DNA from: Kiloniellales bacterium | GTDB lineage: Bacteria; Pseudomonadota; Alphaproteobacteria; Kiloniellales; JAKSBE01 | Length of the DNA stretch: 58,576 bases | Assembly (NCBI GenBank): GCA_028282935.1 | Contig: JANQGU010000114.1 | Location: 1-58,576, forward strand | Direction: 5' to 3' | Part shown: piece after piece, positions 51,328 through 58,576 of the stretch | Numbering within the stretch: position 1 is the stretch's first letter | Layout of the letters: each line of letters opens with the position of its first letter | Translations under genes and position numbers: made by a program | Notes under the pieces: generated by a model | The model's database searches: none | What the model saw: only the letters and a program-made list of their open reading frames with translations | Told to the model about the DNA's origin: nothing

Positions 51328-52596
51328 ATGGCGGAGATCGCAGGCAGCGCCCAGGGCATGGCGGCCATCACGACCGCCGACGGCCGGCCGCTGGCGGTGG
51401 CCCTGCGCCACGCCGAGCGCGTCAAGCGCTGGAAGGCCTTCTTCCTGGTTCTGCCCTTGCTGCTGTTCCTGGGCGTGACCTTCCTCTATCCCATCGCGCT
51501 GATGCTGTTCCGCTCGGTCGAGAACCCGGTGGTCGCGGACAACCTGCCGCGGACCCTGGCGGCGCTGGAGTCCTGGGACGGCGAGGACCTGCCGGACGAG
51601 GCCGTCTTCGCCGCCCTGGCCGCGGACCTCGGCGAGGCGCGAGAGAACAAGACCTTCGGCCGCCTGGCAACCCGGGTGAACCAGGAGCTGAGCGGCACGC
51701 GCACGATGATCATGCGTACCGCCCGGCGGGTCGCGCGCTTCGAGGCCCCCTTCAAGGAGGCCGTGACCGCCGCCCACCCGCGCTGGTCGCAGCTGGAGAC
51801 CTGGGCCGCGATCGCCCGTCTGGGAGATCGCTACACGCCGATCCAGTACCTGGCCGCCATGGACCTGGGCTACGACGTGCAAGGGAACATCGTGGCCCAG
51901 CCCGAGAGTCGGCAGATCTACCGCAACCTCTTCCTGCGGACCTTCTGGATGAGCCTGGTGGTCACCCTGGCCTGCCTGGTGCTGGGCTATCCGATCGCCT
52001 ACCTGCTGGCCTCGCTTCAGGCCCGCTATGCCAACCTGCTGATGATCCTGGTCCTGCTGCCGTTCTGGACCTCGCTGCTGGTCCGCACGACCTCCTGGAT
52101 CGTGCTGCTGCAGACCCAGGGCGTGCTCAACGACCTGCTGGTCTGGCTCGGCATCATCGGCGACGACCAGCGCTTTCAGATGATCTTCAATGCCCAGGGC
52201 ACCGTCGTCGCCATGACCCAGATCCTGCTGCCCTTCATGATCCTGCCGCTCTACAGCGTGATGAAGACCATTCCCCAGAGCTACATGCGCGCCGCGCAGT
52301 CGCTCGGGGCCCCGCGCTTCTACGCCTACTGGCGGGTCTACGTCCCGAACACCCTGCCGGGGATCGGTGCCGGGTGCCTGCTCGTCTTCATCCTGGCCAT
52401 CGGCTACTACATCACGCCGGCCCTGGTCGGCGGCGAGGACGGCCAGATGATCTCGAACCTCATCGCCTTCCACATGCAGAAGAGCCTGAACTGGAGCCTG
52501 GCGGCCGCCCTGGGCGGCATCCTGCTCGCCGGCGTGATCGCGCTCTACTGGCTCTACAACCGGCTGGTCGGCGTCGAGCGGCTCAAGCTGGGATAG
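51328..52596 (+). CDS. PotB-like ABC permease
   Basis: LGYPIAY, PFWTSLLVRT, LPFMILPLY and AAQSLGA. Confidence 0.92.
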   Translation: MAEIAGSAQGMAAITTADGRPLAVALRHAERVKRWKAFFLVLPLLLFLGVTFLYPIALMLFRSVENPVVADNLPRTLAALESWDGEDLPDEAVFAALAADLGEARENKTFGRLATRVNQELSGTRTMIMRTARRVARFEAPFKEAVTAAHPRWSQLETWAAIARLGDRYTPIQYLAAMDLGYDVQGNIVAQPESRQIYRNLFLRTFWMSLVVTLACLVLGYPIAYLLASLQARYANLLMILVLLPFWTSLLVRTTSWIVLLQTQGVLNDLLVWLGIIGDDQRFQMIFNAQGTVVAMTQILLPFMILPLYSVMKTIPQSYMRAAQSLGAPRFYAYWRVYVPNTLPGIGAGCLLVFILAIGYYITPALVGGEDGQMISNLIAFHMQKSLNWSLAAALGGILLAGVIALYWLYNRLVGVERLKLG

Positions 52597-52602
52597 CCGC
52601 GG

Positions 52603-53484
52603 ATGATCTCCCTGCCACCACACGCCGGCCCGCTGGAGCGCATCTGGCACTATGTCTTCCTGCTGATCTGCGTGCTGGTCTTCGGCTTCCTGATCGCGCC
52701 GCTGCTGGTCATCCTGCCGCTGTCCTTCAACGCCGAGCCCTACTTCACCTTCACCGAGGGCATGCTGTCGCTGGACCCCGAGGCCTACTCGCTGCGCTGG
52801 TACGAGGCCCTCTTCGACACCAACCCGAACCGGGAGAACAAGTGGCTGGAGGCGATTCCCAACTCGCTCTGGATCGCGGCCTGCTCGACCTTGCTGGCGA
52901 CGGCCCTCGGCACCCTGGCGGCGCTGGGCCTGAGCCGTTCGGAGATGCCCTTCCGCAACCTGATCATGGGCCTGCTGATCTCACCCATGATCGTGCCGCT
53001 GATCATCACCGCCGCCGGCATCTTCTTCTTCTATGCGCGTCTCAACGAGTACGCGGAACTCACTGGTTCCTTTATCGGAATCGTCCTGGCGCACACCGTC
53101 CTCGGCACCCCCTTCGTGGTCATCACCGTGACCGCGACCCTGATCGGCTTCGACCAGTCGCTGGTGCGGGCCGGCCTGATGTGCGGAGCGACGCCGACCC
53201 GGGTGTTCTTCAAGGTGGTGCTGCCGCTGATCCTGCCGGGCGTGATCTCGGGCGCGCTCTTCGCCTTCGTCACCTCCTTCGACGAGATCGTGGTGGTCCT
53301 TTTCGTCGGCAGCGTCGAATACCAGACCATCCCGCGGCAGATGTGGGCGGGCATCCGCGAGGAGATCAGCCCGATCATCCTGGCGGTGGCCACTCTGCTG
53401 ATCTGCGTCTCGACCCTGCTGATGATCGCGGTCGAGGTCCTGCGCCGCTATAACGAGCGGCAGCGCGGCGTCACCCCAGGTTGA
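52603..53484 (+). CDS. PotC-like ABC permease
   Basis: YSLRWY, SPMIVP and FVTSFDE. Confidence 0.92.
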   Translation: MISLPPHAGPLERIWHYVFLLICVLVFGFLIAPLLVILPLSFNAEPYFTFTEGMLSLDPEAYSLRWYEALFDTNPNRENKWLEAIPNSLWIAACSTLLATALGTLAALGLSRSEMPFRNLIMGLLISPMIVPLIITAAGIFFFYARLNEYAELTGSFIGIVLAHTVLGTPFVVITVTATLIGFDQSLVRAGLMCGATPTRVFFKVVLPLILPGVISGALFAFVTSFDEIVVVLFVGSVEYQTIPRQMWAGIREEISPIILAVATLLICVSTLLMIAVEVLRRYNERQRGVTPG

Positions 53485-53649
53485 CCGGCCGGGCTGAGCG
53501 GCCCCGTGGAGGCGCTGGCGCGAGCCCGGAACAAGAGTGGGTTGAACATCTTCTCAAGACCCGCTGTCATCCCATATTGCGGTGGGTGAGCAGCTCTGCG
53601 CGGCCCGCCGGTCCTGGGCCTCTTCAATTGAACAGGGAGTTCTTGGCGC

Positions 53650-54750
53650 ATGAAGGTCGACCCATACAGGCCCCACTTGGCCGTGCTCGGCATGGCGTTC
53701 CTCGGTCTTTGCGCGGCGCTGCCGGCTCAGGCCGCGGACAGCCTGACCGTGGTCTCCTGGGGCGGCGCCTACACCAGGAGCCAGGTCGAGGCCTACCACA
53801 AGCCCTTCACCGCCAGGACCGGCATCCCGGTCCGTTCCGAGAACCACGAGGGCGGCCTGGCCAGGATCAAGGCCCAGGTCGAGGCCGGCGAGGTGACCTG
53901 GGACGTCGTCGATCTGGTGCTCTCCGACATCGTGCGCGGCTGCGAGGAGGGGCTGCTGGAGCCCCTGGACCTCGACCTGCTGCCGCCGGCGCCGAACGGG
54001 AGGTCGGCGCGCGACGACTTCGTGGCGGGCACCCTGCACGAGTGCGGCGTCGGAAGCGTCGTCTGGTCGACGATCTTCGCCTACGACGACACCAAGTTCC
54101 CAGGGGCCAAGCCGGCCAGCATCGAGGACCTCTTCGACACCGGGACCTTCCCGGGCAAGCGCGGCCTGCGCCGAACGCCCAGGGTCAACCTGGAGTTCGC
54201 CCTGATGGCCGACGGCGTGCCGGCGGCCAAGGTCTACGAGCTCCTGGCCACCGAGGAAGGCATCGACCGGGCCTTCGCCAAGCTCGACAGCATCAAGGAC
54301 GACATCGTCTGGTGGATCGCCGGCGCCCAGCCGCCGCAGCTTCTGGCCGACGGCGAGGTGGTCATGACGACGGCCTACAACGGTCCGATCTTCAATGCCC
54401 AGGTGCAGGACCGGCAGCCCTTCGTGATCGTCTGGGACGGCCAGATCTGGGACATCGATCTCTGGGCCATTCCCAAGGGGGCCCGGAACCGGGACGCCGC
54501 CATGGCCTTCATCAGCTTCGCCACCAACACCCAGCGCCTGGCCGCCCAGGCCTCCTGGATCTCCTATGGTCCGGTTCGGCAGTCGTCGATCCCTCTGATC
54601 GGCAGCCACGCCGAAGCGGGCATTCCGATGCGGGCGCTGATACCCACGGCGCCGGAGAACTTCCAGACCGCCCTGCAGAGCGACTTCGAGTTCTGGACCG
54701 ACTACCAGGACGACCTGAAGGAGCGCTTCGACGCCTGGCTATCCGAGTGA
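53650..54750 (+). CDS. Polyamine-type ABC substrate-binding protein 2 (close paralog of protein 1)
   Basis: Colinear with 50133-51233, with long identical blocks. Confidence 0.92.
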   Translation: MKVDPYRPHLAVLGMAFLGLCAALPAQAADSLTVVSWGGAYTRSQVEAYHKPFTARTGIPVRSENHEGGLARIKAQVEAGEVTWDVVDLVLSDIVRGCEEGLLEPLDLDLLPPAPNGRSARDDFVAGTLHECGVGSVVWSTIFAYDDTKFPGAKPASIEDLFDTGTFPGKRGLRRTPRVNLEFALMADGVPAAKVYELLATEEGIDRAFAKLDSIKDDIVWWIAGAQPPQLLADGEVVMTTAYNGPIFNAQVQDRQPFVIVWDGQIWDIDLWAIPKGARNRDAAMAFISFATNTQRLAAQASWISYGPVRQSSIPLIGSHAEAGIPMRALIPTAPENFQTALQSDFEFWTDYQDDLKERFDAWLSE

Positions 54751-54771
54751 GGTCTGCGTGCCCGGCGGCCG

Positions 54772-57093
54772 TCAGCGCTGCTGCCGGCGCCAGCGGTCGA
54801 CCACGGCGTCGATGAAGGCGCTGTCGCCCGTGTCGGCCTTCCAGGTGTGCGAGAAGGGCGCGGTTCCGCTCAGGGGCCGGTACTCCCGCGGCAGCTCGTC
54901 GAAGCAGATGCGCACCGGCACCGGGACGCCTTCGCCGACCGCGATCGCCTCGGCGGTGCGCAACAGCGGCAGGAAGTACATCAGACCCTCGGCCGATTCC
55001 GACAGGGTGCTGCGCACGAACTCCTGGTCCTTGCTGTTGCTCATCCTCAGCGAGAAGATCGTGTTGCACTGGGACAGGATGTCGCTGTCCAGCTCGGAGG
55101 GTCGCTGGGTGATGACGCAGAGGGAGACGCCGTATTTGCGGCCCTCCTTGGCGATCCGCGACATGGCCCGCTTGGTCGGCTCGAAGCCGAGGCCGGGGTT
55201 CTGCGGCGCGTAGCGGTGCGCCTCCTCGCAGACGAAGAGGATCGGCAGGGCCCGGTCGCTCCAGATCGCGAAGTCGAAGGTCATGCGGCAGAGCACCGAG
55301 ACCACGACGTTCAGGATCTCCGAGGGCACGCCCGAGAGGTCGATGATGGTGATCGGCCGGCCCCGCACCGGGATCCGGAAGATCCGCGAGATGATCTGCG
55401 ACATGTTGTCGCGCAGGGCGACCGAGCCGAACATGAAGGAGAAGCGGGAGTCGGCCTGCAGCGCCTTCAGCCGGGCCTTCAGCCGCATGTAGGGCCCGAG
55501 GTCCTCGGGCTTCTCGAGCTTGCCGATGATCTCGTCGATGAGCTGGATCAGGTAGTTGAAGCGGTAGGGTACCGGCGTGTCCGCGGTGACGTAGCGGTGG
55601 TCCTCGGCGTCGCCCAGGAACTGCCGCTTGGCGATGGGGATCAGCTCGTTGAGGATCGAGGCCTCGATGGCGTCCGGGCTGGTCTTGCGGCCCAGGACGA
55701 CCTCGACGAACTCCTCGAAGTTGAACAGCCAGAAGGGCAGCTCCAGGGTGCCCGGGTCGATCAGCTCGGCCATCTCGCCGAAGGCGCGGTGGTACTCGTT
55801 GTGGGGGTCCAGCAGGACCACGTGGCCGCTCTGATGCTCCTGCAGGATCTGGCGCAGGATCAGCGCGACGGCGCAGGACTTGCCCGAGCCGGTGGTGCCA
55901 AGCAGGGCGAAGTGCTTGCCCAGCAGGTCGTCGACGGCGACGCAGGCCGGCAGGCGCCGGTCCTGATGGATGCTGCCGATCCGGACCTTGTTGGCATCCG
56001 GGCTGGCGAAGACGATCCCGAGGTCTTCCTGATCGGCATGAAAGACGCCGTCGCCGAGGGAGGGGAAGGAGGTGACGCCGCGCTGGAAGCCCAGCCGGCG
56101 GCCGCGCTCGTTGATCTGGGTCTCGCCCAGGAGCTCCAGCTCGACGACCCGGACCTCGGGCTGCGTGGGATCCTGGGAGGGCACCGGGATCGAGAGCCCG
56201 GCGACCAGGCCGAAGACCACGCTGGTCTCGGTGCGCATGGTGACCAGCTTGCCGATCTCCAGGCCGCAGGACTGGTTCCGGCCGCCGCTGACGTCGCCTT
56301 CAAGCAGGGCCACCGCCTGGGCGCCCGAGACCGAGACCACCCGGCCGACCCTGGCCTGCGGGACCGGGGACTGGCAGGGCTGGGCGCCGGACGGGCTCGC
56401 GGCCGGAGGCTGGGCGGCCGCCGGCGGAGTCGAGGCCGCAGCGGGGCCCGTGCCCGGGCTCGTCTCGGCGGGTGCTCCGGGGTCCGAGGCTGGGGGCTGC
56501 GGCCCGGTCTCGGCGCGCGCGAGCGAGGAGGCCATCTCGTTGGCCGCGGCCTGCAGCCTGGCGTAGCGCGCGTGCGGTTCGTTCCGTGCCGCGCCGCCGG
56601 CCGGGTCCGGCGGGGGGCTCGGCGGCACGGTTTCCATGGGCTCGGCCGAGGCCGCGGTTTCCATGGGTTCGGCCGGGGCAGCGGTTTCCATGGGTTCGGA
56701 CGGGGCCGCGGTCTCCAGGGGCTCGGCCGGGGCCGTGGTCTCCAGGGGCTCGACCGGGGCCGTGGTCTCCAGGGGCTCGGCCGGGGGCGTGGTCTCGGCG
56801 GGCGCCTGCGTGGCTGGCACCGCCGCCGCGGCCACGGTGGCGGGCGCCGCCGGGCGTGGCATCGGGGTGTTCGGGTAGGGACTCGGGACGGCGGAGGGCG
56901 CCGCCGTTGCGCCGGCGCCCGGGTCCGCTGCGGCGGCCGGCTTGGACTCCGTTGTCGGCGCGGGCGCCTGAGGCGGGCTCTGCGGCTCGACCGGCTCGGT
57001 CGCGTCCTCGGCTAGGGGAGGGGTGGGGGGCTGGGGGGCTGGCCGTCCATCCATGGCTTTTCTTCTTTCGCTTTCATTCTTGCTTGCGGCCAT
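54772..57093 (-). CDS. HerA-like (DUF87/DUF853) ATPase with long Pro/Ala-rich N-terminal extension
   Basis: HFALLGTTGSGKS, LLDPHNEY, CEEAHRY, IAKEGRKYG and TQRPSEL. Confidence 0.9.
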   Translation of the reverse strand: MAASKNESERRKAMDGRPAPQPPTPPLAEDATEPVEPQSPPQAPAPTTESKPAAAADPGAGATAAPSAVPSPYPNTPMPRPAAPATVAAAAVPATQAPAETTPPAEPLETTAPVEPLETTAPAEPLETAAPSEPMETAAPAEPMETAASAEPMETVPPSPPPDPAGGAARNEPHARYARLQAAANEMASSLARAETGPQPPASDPGAPAETSPGTGPAAASTPPAAAQPPAASPSGAQPCQSPVPQARVGRVVSVSGAQAVALLEGDVSGGRNQSCGLEIGKLVTMRTETSVVFGLVAGLSIPVPSQDPTQPEVRVVELELLGETQINERGRRLGFQRGVTSFPSLGDGVFHADQEDLGIVFASPDANKVRIGSIHQDRRLPACVAVDDLLGKHFALLGTTGSGKSCAVALILRQILQEHQSGHVVLLDPHNEYHRAFGEMAELIDPGTLELPFWLFNFEEFVEVVLGRKTSPDAIEASILNELIPIAKRQFLGDAEDHRYVTADTPVPYRFNYLIQLIDEIIGKLEKPEDLGPYMRLKARLKALQADSRFSFMFGSVALRDNMSQIISRIFRIPVRGRPITIIDLSGVPSEILNVVVSVLCRMTFDFAIWSDRALPILFVCEEAHRYAPQNPGLGFEPTKRAMSRIAKEGRKYGVSLCVITQRPSELDSDILSQCNTIFSLRMSNSKDQEFVRSTLSESAEGLMYFLPLLRTAEAIAVGEGVPVPVRICFDELPREYRPLSGTAPFSHTWKADTGDSAFIDAVVDRWRRQQR
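56629..56796 (-). repeat. About 6 x 27-bp tandem repeat encoding T(T/A)xxxEP(L/M)E nonapeptides
   Basis: Units such as ggtctccaggggctcggccggggccgt recur at 27-bp spacing. Confidence 0.9.
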
Positions 57094-57109
57094 GGCGCCC
57101 GGTCGAAGG

Positions 57110-57994
57110 TCAGGCGGCGATGGCCAGAACCCGCTCGCTCGGCAGACGGACCGTGACCTCGGTACCCCGGCCGAGCTCGCTGTCGATCGACAGTTCGCCG
57201 CCGTGCAGCTCGATCAGGCCCTTCGTCAGGGGCAGGCCGAGCCCCGTGCCTTCAACGGTCAGGCCGGCTTGGCTCCTGACCTGCTCGAAGGGCGCCAAGG
57301 CCCGCGGGATGTCCTGGACCGCGATCCCGATCCCGGTGTCGGAGATCCGGAACACCAAGGCGCCGTCCCCTTCGAGGAAGGTCTCGAGGCAGACCCTGCC
57401 GCCGTGCGGCGTGAACTTCACCGCATTGGACAGCAGGTTCGTGAGGATCTGCTTAAGCTTGCGTTCATCTGCACGCAGAGGTGGCAGGTCGCCGTCGAGG
57501 GCATGGGACAGCTCCAGGCCGCGCTCCAGGGCGCTGTCCCTCACGAAGGTAAGGCTGGCCTCGACCACGGCGGCGACCTCGACCAGCCGGTCCTCCAGAT
57601 CGAGCTTGCCGGCCTCGACCTTGGCCAGGTCCAGGACGTCGTTGATCAACTCAAGGAGGTGCCGGCCGGAGGCGCTGATGTCCCTGGCATACTCGCGATA
57701 CCTGGCGAGGCCGTCGTCGCCCAGCAGCACCATCATCTCGGAGAAGCCGATGATGGCGTTGAGCGGCGTCCGGAGCTCGTGGCTCATGCTGGCGAGGAAG
57801 GCGGTCTTGGCCTGATCGGCGGCCTGCGCCTGGTGCATGGCGTCGCGGGCCTGCTCCGCGGCGAGCTCCGCCTCCTTCTTGGCGGCCAGCAGGGCGGCCT
57901 GCGAGCGCCCGCGCTCGACAAGCAGACCGAGCTCCGTGCTGTAGCGTTGCAAGAGGGAGTTGCGTGCCGGGGTCCTGGAGCGGTGCTGGAGCAT
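57110..57994 (-). CDS. Cytoplasmic sensor histidine kinase (HisKA + HATPase_c, no evident input domain)
   Basis: FLASMSHELRTPLNAIIGFSE, NLLSNAVKFT, DTGIG and GTGLGL. Confidence 0.92.
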   Translation of the reverse strand: MLQHRSRTPARNSLLQRYSTELGLLVERGRSQAALLAAKKEAELAAEQARDAMHQAQAADQAKTAFLASMSHELRTPLNAIIGFSEMMVLLGDDGLARYREYARDISASGRHLLELINDVLDLAKVEAGKLDLEDRLVEVAAVVEASLTFVRDSALERGLELSHALDGDLPPLRADERKLKQILTNLLSNAVKFTPHGGRVCLETFLEGDGALVFRISDTGIGIAVQDIPRALAPFEQVRSQAGLTVEGTGLGLPLTKGLIELHGGELSIDSELGRGTEVTVRLPSERVLAIAA

Positions 57995-58142
57995 TTCTGT
58001 CCCGTGACGTTGCCGAGGCAATATCGCGGCCAGCGCCAAAAAAACTGTTAAAAGCAGAGATAGTTCTTTTGGAGTATAGCCTAAAACAAGGCCCGTTCTA
58101 TTTTTGAGAGATATTTCGGATATTTGCCCGAAGTTGGTTAAA

Positions 58143-58182
58143 CAAAAAAGAAGCCCCGCAAGTCGTGGCTGCGGGGCTTCTC
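58143..58182 (-). terminator. Rho-independent terminator
   Basis: Stem gaagccccgca/tgcggggcttc followed by a U-run on the minus strand. Confidence 0.75.
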
Positions 58183-58235
58183 GCTACGGCATAGAAGAAT
58201 GGGAGGGGAAGTGCTGTGAACTCCCGGAACCCAAC
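58143..58235 (-). ncRNA. Candidate small RNA
   Basis: Terminator with no convincing upstream CDS; anti-SD-like CUUCCCCUCCCA tract; 5' end approximate. Confidence 0.4.
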
Positions 58236-58302
58236 ATAGGCAAATTTTCTTGAGAAGCGGTTAAGCTTAACGCCGCCCGGTCCGCCGGCGTCCCAGCGCC
58301 TT

Positions 58303-58576
58303 ATACCAAGGAGCATTGATAATGACTCATTTGACCGGGTTTGCGTGCCCGCCCGCCAGGCGCGCTTCGCGCAGCGGTGCGTTGTACCGTAAGCGGAGCG
58401 CAACGCCGCGGGCGGGCTCGTAAACCCGGCCTGCGGTGGCGCGCGGCGGCCCGCCGGGTGCGTTGCGACCCCCGACCGCCCCTGGGCCCGATGCGATGGC
58501 ATCGCGCTGCGGGCCGCGCCTGCCCGGCGGGCCGCCGCGCGCCATCAAATGGGTCATTATCAATGCTCCTTGGTAT
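58303..58576. mobile_element. MITE-like element with 32-bp terminal inverted repeats
   Basis: 58303-58334 ataccaaggagcattgataatgactcatttga matches the reverse complement of 58545-58576 with 1 mismatch; no transposase inside. Confidence 0.75.

Noticed and set aside
56629-56796. CRISPR array
   Set aside because: The repeats are contiguous, in-frame coding units with no spacers and no cas genes.
54772-57093. HerA-based anti-phage system
   Set aside because: No adjacent Sir2, nuclease or DUF4297-type effector.
58316-58334. Fur-box-like GATAATGACTCATT
   Set aside because: Only a partial match, and better explained as part of the terminal inverted repeat.

Overview
High-GC bacterial window, most consistent with an alphaproteobacterium (inferred from gene content). 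It contains: (i) a partial form II CoxL/xanthine dehydrogenase-like subunit, a frameshifted class III cyclase-TPR gene, a solute-binding protein and a DUF3326-like gene; (ii) small housekeeping enzymes; (iii) a minus-strand accessory locus (about 8.65-14.2 kb) with an XRE regulator, one PatA-like (cyanobactin-type) S8 protease, a run of short SD-led peptide genes and a patatin phospholipase; (iv) an envelope block (EF-hand proteins, K+ channel, RND pump, glycine zippers, Rap1a-like protein, Mla-like ABC, porin); (v) an arginine deiminase operon running directly into a V/A-type ATPase operon, followed by a lower-GC cfa-like insert and an ackA remnant; (vi) a PA2779/PA2778 pair, a PotABCD-like ABC system with a duplicated binding protein, a HerA/DUF87 ATPase and a sensor-less histidine kinase; (vii) a candidate sRNA and a MITE-like element at the window end. 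The strongest candidate for an undescribed system is the PatA-only peptide locus. Two paralogous precursors have a conserved leader, a cyanobactin-like cleavage motif and hydrophobic FLG-starting cores; one is absent from the ORF track and the other is mis-started. No heterocyclase, macrocyclase or transporter is adjacent. All family calls come from motif recognition by eye; no searches were run.
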